Shown: positions 28,326 through 36,835 of the stretch, piece by piece
Layout of the letters: each line of letters opens with the position of its first letter
Position numbering within the stretch: position 1 is the stretch's first letter
From: an uncultured Candidatus Saccharibacteria bacterium
GTDB taxonomy: Bacteria > Patescibacteriota > Minisyncoccia > Phycocordibacterales > UBA918
Direction: 5' to 3'
Length of the DNA stretch: 64,000 bases
NCBI GenBank assembly: GCA_964425625.1
Contig: CAYRMI010000004.1
Coordinates: 5,444 to 69,443, forward strand
Translations under genes and position numbers: made by a program
The notes under the pieces: generated by a model
The model's input: the letters and a program-made list of their open reading frames with translations, nothing else
Told to the model about the DNA's origin: nothing
Databases searched by the model: none

Positions 28326-29054
28326 CTACTTTTTAACATCAACGTACAAAATTGGATTTTGACTCCCTTGGCTCATGAAATGCGTAACTGATTTATATCG
28401 GTAACGGTCGCATATCTCTTTGGGCGCTACTTTACCGTTAAACTCCCAGCGTCCAGGAGCTTCCTTAGATTGGTACCATTCCGACACTAGGTATACCTCG
28501 CGAATAATTCCCAAATACACGGCACAAGCATACTGGTACTTATGAACTTTCGCACTCACCTTCCAATGCTTTCTGGTAACTTCGTAAAGTGCTGGGCCAC
28601 TCATGCCATATTTATAGGCTTTGTTTATCCGGATTAGTACCAGTGGGTCTGCAATGACCGCTGGTTTAGCCTCATACTGAATTTCAATGTCTTCAATTTT
28701 TCTGATACCGGCTTCAGAGGTATAGTGACCTGACATGATATTTGTCAGAGCTATTTTTTGCACTGATTCGATGTAGTCAATCAATGATGCTTCAACAGCA
28801 AAGGCCTGATCTTCAGTAAGACCGTGCCTAATAATCATGTGTTGGACTTCTCTTCCTGCTGCCCGAATGGCTTTAATGGTGGCAATTTTCTCCACTTCTT
28901 TTATGTCCACTATTTCTGACGCTTCAACATGAGCGTAAATTCTATTTCCCTTTCCTTTTCCAACGTAAAATACCTTCTTGGTTCGTGGGTCAATTAAGGC
29001 ATATACGTAGAATTTTATTTTCTCGATGGTTGATTGTGATAGACGGGTTTTCAT
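28326..29054 (-). CDS. LEM-3-like GIY-YIG nuclease domain protein
   Basis: FYVYALIDPR, FYVGKGKGNR, A..VEASLI, LTN...GH. Confidence 0.85.
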   Translation of the reverse strand: MKTRLSQSTIEKIKFYVYALIDPRTKKVFYVGKGKGNRIYAHVEASEIVDIKEVEKIATIKAIRAAGREVQHMIIRHGLTEDQAFAVEASLIDYIESVQKIALTNIMSGHYTSEAGIRKIEDIEIQYEAKPAVIADPLVLIRINKAYKYGMSGPALYEVTRKHWKVSAKVHKYQYACAVYLGIIREVYLVSEWYQSKEAPGRWEFNGKVAPKEICDRYRYKSVTHFMSQGSQNPILYVDVKK

Positions 29055-29085
29055 AATGTATATTGTGTTCTTGATTATTAAATAA

Positions 29086-30606
29086 TTATATCTTCTTAAC
29101 TATACTCTCTAGCACCTCCCATATCTTCACCATCGCCAAAGTATCTAGTCTGCAATACTCCAACAAAGCATTTGTCTTCCTTTGCTTTTCTTCTTCATCA
29201 TACTCCCCCAGAGCAATCCGATTCCAAGTATCAGAAGCTGTCCCCCCTTCTTGAATCTCTAGATCCTTGTATGAAAGCTCTGGCACAAGAGTTGGCAATA
29301 CCAGCTTGATGGTTGTCCTGCCTAGAAATCCAGGATGAACATACACCGCTGTCTTTCCACCAAATGGCTCAATTAAGTCTACAATTCTATCCTGCACACC
29401 AGCAATAAATTCCTGGTATCGAGGAACCCGTTCCGCCAGCTGTTTATTAACCATCATTTCAAAAGTCTTATTCCAGACCAAAACACTCCCAGAGGCCGGT
29501 AATTGCGCTTGCATGGCGGCTAAAAAGCCTTCATCAGGATTTGTATCTCCGGTATGAATAAAGTCCGTATGGACCACTTCTGCCCCTGGCGAATCAATCA
29601 CATGAAGCGAGAACTGAAAAGGAATTTGTTGGTATGGTCTGTAGCCAAAGAAGCGCGGTATAGCTGACGGGTACGACTCATAATCAATAAAAGCCAGTGG
29701 GTACTCCAACCTAGCCAAAAACTCCCCGACCCCAGCTTCGTCTATATACGTTCGCCCAGACTGGGCCACATCGACCTGCCTGCGTTGGTTATCAGTCAGT
29801 TCAAAATCCACTGGAACATCATGAATATCGATAATTTCATCTTCAATCAGAGCCTCTAGTTTCTTTTTGCTGTTTCCAATTCGCGATATCTGATGCACTG
29901 AGTACTCGGGTAACTCAGGATTAGAATAGGCAAAAGTAGTGCAGTGATTATTTTTAGACTTACTCCAGCAGTCACAGTGCCCCGCCGGTTCACTTTCTTT
30001 AAGCAGGTACTCTCGCACCCCTGCCATTTGACCTTCAATGTCTAAAATGAGTGCATTTACTTCATCAGTAAAATTTAGTTTTAGAAAAAGCTCAGGCACG
30101 AACAACTCTCCCGAACGCACATACTGCTTATTCAATCTCACAAGATTTAGAGTTCCCAGGGGAATATTCACAGCGTCCATTACAACTTTCTGAAAAGCCA
30201 AGTCAATCAAATACTCCTGCTCCCGACGTCCCCCTTCCCCATCACCTTCTCGACTGGCAGATGAAGATTTTACCTCATACAGATCATAGACCTCCGTCCT
30301 TTCATTCCAAACAATAATATCCGCGACCGCCAAGTATTCACCTGTACTAAACACCGGCTGATAAATTATCGGAGTACGTTTAGCAATGAGCTCATTTGTG
30401 TATGCGGTATCATTTCTATCCTCCACCAATACTCCTCCGGGAAACAAATCCCGAGCCAATTCATCAATAACGTTACCAGTTTCAATAATATTCAACTCAA
30501 ACCCAGAAAGCGGGTTCGCCTTATACACCTCCGGCCGATGCACCTTAAGCCACGCATTTTTATTACACTCCCGAGCGATGAGAAAATCTGTTTTTGAAAG
30601 GGTCAT
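29086..30606 (-). CDS. DUF2779-containing predicted nuclease (PD-(D/E)xK N-terminus, RNase H-like C-terminus)
   Basis: LSKTDF...C...W, ADII, LYEVKSS, DLAFQ, FIDYES, PYQQIPFQFS, YCRLDT. Confidence 0.82.
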   Translation of the reverse strand: MTLSKTDFLIARECNKNAWLKVHRPEVYKANPLSGFELNIIETGNVIDELARDLFPGGVLVEDRNDTAYTNELIAKRTPIIYQPVFSTGEYLAVADIIVWNERTEVYDLYEVKSSSASREGDGEGGRREQEYLIDLAFQKVVMDAVNIPLGTLNLVRLNKQYVRSGELFVPELFLKLNFTDEVNALILDIEGQMAGVREYLLKESEPAGHCDCWSKSKNNHCTTFAYSNPELPEYSVHQISRIGNSKKKLEALIEDEIIDIHDVPVDFELTDNQRRQVDVAQSGRTYIDEAGVGEFLARLEYPLAFIDYESYPSAIPRFFGYRPYQQIPFQFSLHVIDSPGAEVVHTDFIHTGDTNPDEGFLAAMQAQLPASGSVLVWNKTFEMMVNKQLAERVPRYQEFIAGVQDRIVDLIEPFGGKTAVYVHPGFLGRTTIKLVLPTLVPELSYKDLEIQEGGTASDTWNRIALGEYDEEEKQRKTNALLEYCRLDTLAMVKIWEVLESIVKKI

Positions 30607-30641
30607 TTTATTTTAAATTACAACACAAATTTAAGAGTTTT

Positions 30642-30671
30642 ATTGTCCTTGACCCATTTCCACCCATTTCC
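30642..30671 (+). repeat. R-type junction motif, copy 3, with adjacent 10-bp duplication
   Basis: ATTGTCCTTGACCCATTTC; ACCCATTTCC occurs twice in tandem. Confidence 0.65.
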
Positions 30672-30680
30672 ATTATTTTA

Positions 30681-31355
30681 CTACAATGACTTAGTATACT
30701 CACACTCTGGGTAGGCAGAACAACCTAAGAATTTGCCATGTCTACCACTCCTTTCTATCAGAGGGCTACTACACTTTGGGCATAATTTTACGGAAATATC
30801 AGAAACTTCAGGTTCAACATCTTGTACCATCTTTATATATTTAAGAAGACCGAAACTATCGACAAGTTCAATTGGTTTATCTTCAGCGAACTTTTTCGCC
30901 TCTAGGGTGAATTTATTGGTAGTAATGAAGTATGCCTGCCCATTAAGTAGCCTATCGGCCAAAGCGCCGTAAAAATCTCTAACCTCGCTTACACCTACAG
31001 TAGAAGTAATGTATTTTTTACACTGGATATAACCTCTAACACCATCCTTTTCAATTTCTACATCTACTCCACCATCGTGTGACCTACCTACCGCTTCGGA
31101 TTTATAACCAAGCTTTTTAAATAACTCAGCTATATATGCTTCAAACTCGTAGGGCTTCATCTCTCTTAGCCATTGGATTAACTCTCTATCTGAGCGCCAA
31201 GTAGCTCCTTTATCAAATTTTTTGGCTAGAGACCAACCATTAAATCTTGAGATTAAAAAAGCTTTTAAAATTAAAAATAACGCAAAGGCAAAAATAAAGG
31301 CAAATAACGGCCAAAGTGTTGTCCAATATAAGTTTATAATAGCTTCAGCACTCAT
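30681..31355 (-). CDS. Mrr-family restriction endonuclease with N-terminal TM and C-terminal topoisomerase-type C4 zinc finger
   Basis: EFEAYIAELF..LGY, DGGVD, IQCKKY, ITTNKFT; CPKCSSPL...G.HGKFLGCS.YP.C. Confidence 0.88.
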   Translation of the reverse strand: MSAEAIINLYWTTLWPLFAFIFAFALFLILKAFLISRFNGWSLAKKFDKGATWRSDRELIQWLREMKPYEFEAYIAELFKKLGYKSEAVGRSHDGGVDVEIEKDGVRGYIQCKKYITSTVGVSEVRDFYGALADRLLNGQAYFITTNKFTLEAKKFAEDKPIELVDSFGLLKYIKMVQDVEPEVSDISVKLCPKCSSPLIERSGRHGKFLGCSAYPECEYTKSL

Positions 31356-31386
31356 GTGAAAATTATGACACAGTTTCCCAGTTTAT

Positions 31387-31405
31387 ATTGTACCTGTCCA
31401 CTTTT
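31387..31405 (+). repeat. R-type junction motif, copy 4
   Basis: ATTGTACCTGTCCACTTTT. Confidence 0.65.
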
Positions 31406-31418
31406 CCTTTATTATACT

Positions 31419-31889
31419 TTATAGATTTATTTGATACTGTACTCTCTTATTTATAACCTTGTCTTCTAATTCAACTGCCGTTACTAGAGAGTAACCTAAA
31501 GATTCGGGATGAAGACTGACGAAACAAAATTTATACTGCTCTCCAAGCTGTTCCGTAAGATCAAATTCATTTTGGGTTGCTCCGAAGAAAAATCCTTTAG
31601 GATTGTTTGGTAGGTACTTTTGAGTTGTCTTAAGTTCAATCAGAGTAACCTTTTTAACATCTTTAAATGTAATTTCTTGTTCATCACTGGTGTGTCCGGG
31701 TAATATAAATAAATCAAAGGTACGTGAATATTTCTTGTCTAAATCGAGAATATCTAGAAGTTGTTTCCTGCCCTCTTTTGTTGGAAGCAAAAAACGTTTA
31801 TCGATTGATAATAAATAATCAATCGCTTGCTTCTCAGTCTTGTTATTGGAAAGGGTTATTTTGTAAGAATGAATCGACGCCATTCCCAC
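31419..31889 (-). CDS. Hypothetical protein, possible PD-(D/E)xK nuclease
   Basis: E..A, FD, LIELKTT and T.NE motifs typical of restriction-like folds. Confidence 0.55.
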   Translation of the reverse strand: MGMASIHSYKITLSNNKTEKQAIDYLLSIDKRFLLPTKEGRKQLLDILDLDKKYSRTFDLFILPGHTSDEQEITFKDVKKVTLIELKTTQKYLPNNPKGFFFGATQNEFDLTEQLGEQYKFCFVSLHPESLGYSLVTAVELEDKVINKRVQYQINL

Positions 31890-31927
31890 AACTTAACCAG
31901 ATCAAACACAATAGATCAATAGGTGTC

Positions 31928-34231
31928 TCACACATCAATCTTACAAACAAACAGTCCCAGAATCTTGAACTCGTCGTCTGCGGTCAATATTCTAATTTTA
32001 TGCTCCGGATTGGTCGACTTTGGAATAAGAATTAAGCCGTCTTTTTCTACTTTTATCTGCTTAAGGGTTGCGTCATCCCCTATTAGCACCACCGCGTTTC
32101 CACTAGTTGCGTTTAAGTTCTTCTGACACAAAATTATATCCCCATCATTTATACCAAGTTGATTCATTGAATCCCCTCGAGTATGGAGTGCAAAGTACTT
32201 AGCACCAGGCTTTATTAGCCACCTCGGTACTTTGATAGTTTCGTCACTAGTCGAGTCCGCGAGCATTAATTCACCACAACCAACAGAGTCGTACAGTGGT
32301 AGCTCAACCATATCCTCTTGATATGGTGAAATGATTTCATCAGGTTCACTGGTACTTTTGTTCGTCTTGAATGAGTCGTTACCCAGCATTCCTCTAAAAT
32401 AATTTTCAGTCTCCTTATCACAGAAATATACATAACAGCCTTTCTGACCTCTGGTCATGAGAGTCCGGTATGTATTCTTGATGATTAAATCTAACTGCTT
32501 TCGTACAGCTTCTTCATTTCCTTCTTTTGCCATCTTCTTCCAACCATGGATGGATTTATCTGTACTCGCTCTAGCTTCCGGCACTGATATAATCTTACCT
32601 TCTCGAACAACTAGATCAGGACCGATAATTACACCAACGTAATCTACTTCTAGCCCTTGGCTAGTATGGATGCAACCGACTTCAGACACTGACTCTGGTT
32701 GAACAATCCAAGCTTGGCCATCCTCATCTAGATTCCAAGTGGCTCGATAGTTATCAATAACAATATCTTTAAGAATTGGTTTCTTTTTACTTATCCATTT
32801 CCAACAATAGCCTGCCAACATGCGAGCTTTATTCTTCTCTTTATTTTTCTCCTTTATTGTGTCGTGCAATCTCTGTGGGTTATCAAAAATTTGAAAATCA
32901 TAATTAATTCCCTCCAGGGTATCGTTAGCTGTGTCGCGTATTTGTAGTACTTCATCCAACCACGCCAAGTAACCATTTGATCCATTGCAGCGAAATTGTG
33001 ATTCGAGTTGCATGAGCGTTATTTCTGTGCCTTGCGCTTTTGCGTGAGCGGTAATTTCCTCCACGCTACCAATATCTTTGAGTGTTACTTTTTGGTCTTC
33101 ATCGACAAAGAAAATACTAAACTTTGAAGCATTGATTATTTCTTTCACTTGATTCTCGCCAAGATGACTGAACATACCTGACTTAGCATTGAGCCTATGT
33201 GCTTCATCAACAATTAGCGCATCGTACATATCCTCTTCAGCATTATGAAAAGAGCCTGAGCCACTAAACATGTTTGAAATGTGGGATTTTTTGAAGGTTC
33301 CAGTTAGCTTGATTTCATATACTTCACGAGGAGCTGAATTTCGAGTAACATATTGCGCAACAAGCGACTCCTTGGTTAGATTAACTAATAGATTAATAGC
33401 TAAGACTGATTTACCAGTACCTGGACCGCCTTGTACAATAAGCACGTTTTTGTTTGTAATTGATGACTTGCGAGCAAGTTGTAGCGCGGTTTCGTAGACC
33501 ACCTTTTGATCATCAATCATAACAAACTCTTCATTACCTTTGAGCATGGAAGAGAGTTGGTCTGCAAGACCTTTAGAAGGTCTTATCTTTCCGTGATCAA
33601 TGCGATACATGATTTGGTTTTTGTCACCATGTCTAACATGTTGCTTAATAAAATCACGTAACTTAATTGCGTCAGGTTTAAGAAAGATTGGAGCCTTTTC
33701 AATATATTCACTATAAAAATCGTGACTGATCACTGAATCAGGTTCGTAATTGTGTAAATAGGCACATGGATAAAGCTGGATACACTCCTCTTCTACCGTC
33801 GCATTAAAATCTTCTAAAAGTCTTTTATATGACCAAGCTTGATACGAAGGATGAGACGTCTCTTGTTCACCGTGCTTGAAACGAGTAACCACTACAGCGT
33901 CTTTGTCCGTAAGTTCGGCTTGTGTCCATTGTTTTAATTCAATCAAAATAGCAGTATCTTGATTCTGATTATCGCGTCCAGTAATAATAAAATCAACGCG
34001 CTTAGAAGATTGTGGTATATGATACTCAATAGCTACACCAGCATCAGCTGGTATCTCTGTATCTGAAAGCACTCGATCCATGTATTGTAGCGAGTTAGTC
34101 CATGACATGACCTCAGAGTGCCCGGTACTTCGACCAGTGACTTCTTTGTATGTCTCAAGAATAATATTTCCTATGTCATTGGACATGACGTCGTTCTGAA
34201 ATTGTTCTTTCGAGGCCGAGTAGACAATCAT
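31928..34231 (-). CDS. DUF2075 (Schlafen-type helicase) protein with N-terminal nuclease-like domain and C-terminal S24 peptidase
   Basis: RVDFII...IELKQW; GGPGTGKS; DEAHR; QFRC; HTSQGLE; TRG; then SVGCG, GDSM, ATLK. Confidence 0.85.
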   Translation of the reverse strand: MIVYSASKEQFQNDVMSNDIGNIILETYKEVTGRSTGHSEVMSWTNSLQYMDRVLSDTEIPADAGVAIEYHIPQSSKRVDFIITGRDNQNQDTAILIELKQWTQAELTDKDAVVVTRFKHGEQETSHPSYQAWSYKRLLEDFNATVEEECIQLYPCAYLHNYEPDSVISHDFYSEYIEKAPIFLKPDAIKLRDFIKQHVRHGDKNQIMYRIDHGKIRPSKGLADQLSSMLKGNEEFVMIDDQKVVYETALQLARKSSITNKNVLIVQGGPGTGKSVLAINLLVNLTKESLVAQYVTRNSAPREVYEIKLTGTFKKSHISNMFSGSGSFHNAEEDMYDALIVDEAHRLNAKSGMFSHLGENQVKEIINASKFSIFFVDEDQKVTLKDIGSVEEITAHAKAQGTEITLMQLESQFRCNGSNGYLAWLDEVLQIRDTANDTLEGINYDFQIFDNPQRLHDTIKEKNKEKNKARMLAGYCWKWISKKKPILKDIVIDNYRATWNLDEDGQAWIVQPESVSEVGCIHTSQGLEVDYVGVIIGPDLVVREGKIISVPEARASTDKSIHGWKKMAKEGNEEAVRKQLDLIIKNTYRTLMTRGQKGCYVYFCDKETENYFRGMLGNDSFKTNKSTSEPDEIISPYQEDMVELPLYDSVGCGELMLADSTSDETIKVPRWLIKPGAKYFALHTRGDSMNQLGINDGDIILCQKNLNATSGNAVVLIGDDATLKQIKVEKDGLILIPKSTNPEHKIRILTADDEFKILGLFVCKIDV

Positions 34232-34233
34232 AA

Positions 34234-34578
34234 CTACAGCTCGTTATATTTTGTAGCTACGCCTTTTGCCTTTTCGACTGGGTACTTCTGTTCATTCTTA
34301 TCCATCTTCCGACCAAGAGCATCTATTAAGTCAATGTCGTAGTGGTTTGCTAGCATTATGATCCAGTACAAAACGTCTGCCAGCTCATCGCGAACGTTAT
34401 CCTCTTTACCTTTTGCTACCTGATTATCTTTTGTCCATTGAAATAGCTCAAGCACTTCTGATGCTTCTAGTTGGAGTGAAAGTGCTAGATTTTTTGGGTC
34501 ATGGAATTGCGCCCAGTCTCGTTCAAGATTAAACTTCTTAATACGTGCAGTTACTCTATTTAAGTCAGTTTGATTCAT
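34234..34578 (-). CDS. MazG-like nucleotide pyrophosphohydrolase
   Basis: ERDWAQFHDPKNLALSLQLEASEVLELFQW, DELADV, KMDKNEQKYP. Confidence 0.92.
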   Translation of the reverse strand: MNQTDLNRVTARIKKFNLERDWAQFHDPKNLALSLQLEASEVLELFQWTKDNQVAKGKEDNVRDELADVLYWIIMLANHYDIDLIDALGRKMDKNEQKYPVEKAKGVATKYNEL

Positions 34579-34621
34579 GGTTTATACTAAAATGTAACAT
34601 TTTAAAGCTTAATCCTCAATT

Positions 34622-34767
34622 GATCATAAGGAATTCCCTAATCAGATACAGCGTAGCGAGGTTTTTCAGGATAAGGAGCGGGATGCCGAGCTGGAAGTAC
34701 CAGCGCTTTGTTTTGTGCCAGAAGATAAGCATGTGACATAGACGCCGACACTGCCGGAGATGGTAGT
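34622..34767 (-). pseudogene. Degraded duplicate of the 3' half of the DUF1294 gene
   Basis: Aligns by eye with 35360-35506 (shared CAGATACAGCGTAGC, GATAAGGAGCGGGAT, CCGAGCTGGAAGTACCAGC, GAAGATAAGCAT); no start. Confidence 0.8.
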
Positions 34768-34771
34768 CAAA

Positions 34772-35203
34772 CTAATACAGAAAATCCCAGACAGAAACAA
34801 CTAGAATCGCGATAAGGACAATAAGGAAAATATATCCTGTCCACCAAAGTCCCTGATGAATACTTTGTTTAATTGTAAGTGGTTCGGTTTCTACTGGTTC
34901 TTTGATTATAGAGAAGTCGTCAACTTCACTTTGAAAGATGACTTCTGGTTCGGCTGGTTCTTTGTGTCGGCTTTTGTAATAAATCAAATAAGTAATTAGA
35001 CAAAATGAACTAAAGATAATGCCAAAGACAGGCCAAGCATAAAAGAATGTTTCGTTGTCTACAAAAAAGACCGGAATGAGGGAAAAGGCAATGAGAAATA
35101 ATCCAAAGGTAATGTATACCAACAATGGACGAAGCCACTCATGCCAAATTGCCTGGTTGGTATCGTAGAGAGCTTGATTGAGATGACGGAGAAAGTTTTT
35201 CAC
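34772..35203 (-). CDS. Hypothetical membrane protein
   Basis: 143-aa ORF, three TM helices. Confidence 0.65.
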   Translation of the reverse strand: MKNFLRHLNQALYDTNQAIWHEWLRPLLVYITFGLFLIAFSLIPVFFVDNETFFYAWPVFGIIFSSFCLITYLIYYKSRHKEPAEPEVIFQSEVDDFSIIKEPVETEPLTIKQSIHQGLWWTGYIFLIVLIAILVVSVWDFLY

Positions 35204-35359
35204 TTGTATAGATAATAGAAGCTTAATTATATAATAAACAATTAACTGAAACTATTTCTTCACTTATTGAATAGAGACTTAAGAGCAATTCCATTCCATT
35301 TACTTACTGGCTCACTACTTAGAGCCCTTTTACCCAAGAATATAAGTACTATCTGGTAC

Positions 35360-35644
35360 TCATAGTAGTAATTCCCTGAGCAGATACAGCGTAGCAAGGT
35401 TTTGCAAGATAAGGAGCGGGATACCGAGCTGGAAGTACCAGCTCTTTGTCTTATGCCGGAAGATAAGCATCCCGGCGTACACGCCGACACTCCCCCCGAT
35501 GGTAGCGATGAAGAAGATCAGTCCTTCGGGGATACGGTGACTGTGTTCGCTGCGGGTAGACCGCCGTTTGTCATTGGCCATGACTAGAAAGGTAATGATG
35601 TTTATCACTGCCAGAGCGCCGATGATAATATGTTCGGTGGTCAT
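35360..35644 (-). CDS. DUF1294 family membrane protein
   Basis: INIITFLVMANDKRRS, RIPE..I, GGSVG, FRHKT.SWYF. Confidence 0.88.
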   Translation of the reverse strand: MTTEHIIIGALAVINIITFLVMANDKRRSTRSEHSHRIPEGLIFFIATIGGSVGVYAGMLIFRHKTKSWYFQLGIPLLILQNLATLYLLRELLL

Positions 35645-35662
35645 GTTAAGTTTGCATCGATT

Positions 35663-36565
35663 TTATTCATTACCAAGCTTTTGTAATGACTGTAGTCTAC
35701 TGTACCAGTCAACTGGAAATCCCATATTAGATACATCAATACTGTGTTCGACTATAAGTTGATTTAACTTTTCCAGCCATGAAGAAGTTGGATTGACTTC
35801 ATTTAAGATTATTTGAAGCACAATCAGATGGTTATAAAGATGATTATTTTTTGTAAAAAACTTAATAAATTTCCGGTGATCCATGCGCGGAGTAAATACT
35901 AGTTCGCGATTCCATAGTCGGCTATGATGGGCACAATTATTTCGTAACACAGATAGAGCATGCATCCAACTCATAACGAATTGCTCGTCAGAGGAAAAGG
36001 TTCGCGCTATAAGGTTTTTGTACTCGCGCTTCAATGATTTCGAAAACTTTACCGTCTGCCCGAATGATAGTATCTCAACCATAGCCCAGATGGGTGGCAA
36101 TGTAGGGTCACTGTATTTTTGCGCATAATGCAGGATACTAATTTCTCTACTATGATTAACTTCATCCATAAACATCTGCTGTATTTCACTATAAAGAAAT
36201 TTATCCTTGAATAACTCTATTGCTTGGTGGGGATGAGATTTATTAGTCTCAACTGAAAGCATATACGTGACCCTTGCCTTGAAAGATTTTTCCACTCTCT
36301 CTAATAAATCTAGCAGCAGAAAGCGGAGCTTATTATCAAAAGTATAAATCTTAATAACATCAGAAAAAGTTGTCCCCGCTCGGAATACGTCGTCTACCTG
36401 AAAAAATTTAAAGTAGATTGAAAGATGATAGTAATTTACATTTTTTAGCCAATATCGCAATTCAGCTTCGTCATCAATTACCAATCCTCGCTCACGAAGA
36501 CGATTCACTTGCTCGTCAATTGATAGTGGAGGTTTAGTATATGTTAACGGTATGTTCTCACTCAT
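35663..36565 (-). CDS. Abi family protein (AbiD/AbiF, Abi_2 HEPN RNase)
   Basis: KPPLSIDEQ..L..RGL, NYYHLS.Y, Y.FD.KLR, PPIWA..E.LSFG, HEPN motif RNNCAHHSRLWN. Confidence 0.9.
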   Translation of the reverse strand: MSENIPLTYTKPPLSIDEQVNRLRERGLVIDDEAELRYWLKNVNYYHLSIYFKFFQVDDVFRAGTTFSDVIKIYTFDNKLRFLLLDLLERVEKSFKARVTYMLSVETNKSHPHQAIELFKDKFLYSEIQQMFMDEVNHSREISILHYAQKYSDPTLPPIWAMVEILSFGQTVKFSKSLKREYKNLIARTFSSDEQFVMSWMHALSVLRNNCAHHSRLWNRELVFTPRMDHRKFIKFFTKNNHLYNHLIVLQIILNEVNPTSSWLEKLNQLIVEHSIDVSNMGFPVDWYSRLQSLQKLGNE

Positions 36566-36647
36566 AAACTTATGATATTTTACCATCTTTATTCTGTTGA
36601 CTACATAGGTTGCAATTTACAATTTTGGTAGTAAAGTGTATATATCA

Positions 36648-36692
36648 ACACCCGCCGCGCCTCTGCTTGCAAGCGAACCCGGCGGGTTTGTG
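36648..36692 (-). ncRNA. Candidate abiF RNA motif (possible RNA antitoxin)
   Basis: ACCCGCCG-GGUUCGCUUGCAAGCAGAGGCG-CGGCGGGU GC-rich stem in AT-rich spacer, about 85 nt upstream of the Abi gene; strand not certain. Confidence 0.55.
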
Positions 36693-36745
36693 TATCTACT
36701 ACTTTGCATGACAATATTAAAGTCAAATATATATTGTTTGATTAA

Positions 36746-36787
36746 GAAAAAAGGGTTATCGAATGTCTAATCGATAACCTCTTTTTT
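36746..36787 (-). terminator. Intrinsic terminator after metK
   Basis: AAAAAAGGGTTATCGA...TCGATAACCTCTTTTTT. Confidence 0.7.
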
Positions 36788-36835
36788 GATTTTATATTTC
36801 CTAAATTTAGTGAATTATTATTAGGTAAAATTTAT

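Noticed and set aside
23400-36600. Classical integron (attC cassettes)
   Set aside because: No RYYYAAC...GTTRRRY palindromes seen at gene ends, and the tyrosine recombinase shows no obvious IntI-specific insertion.
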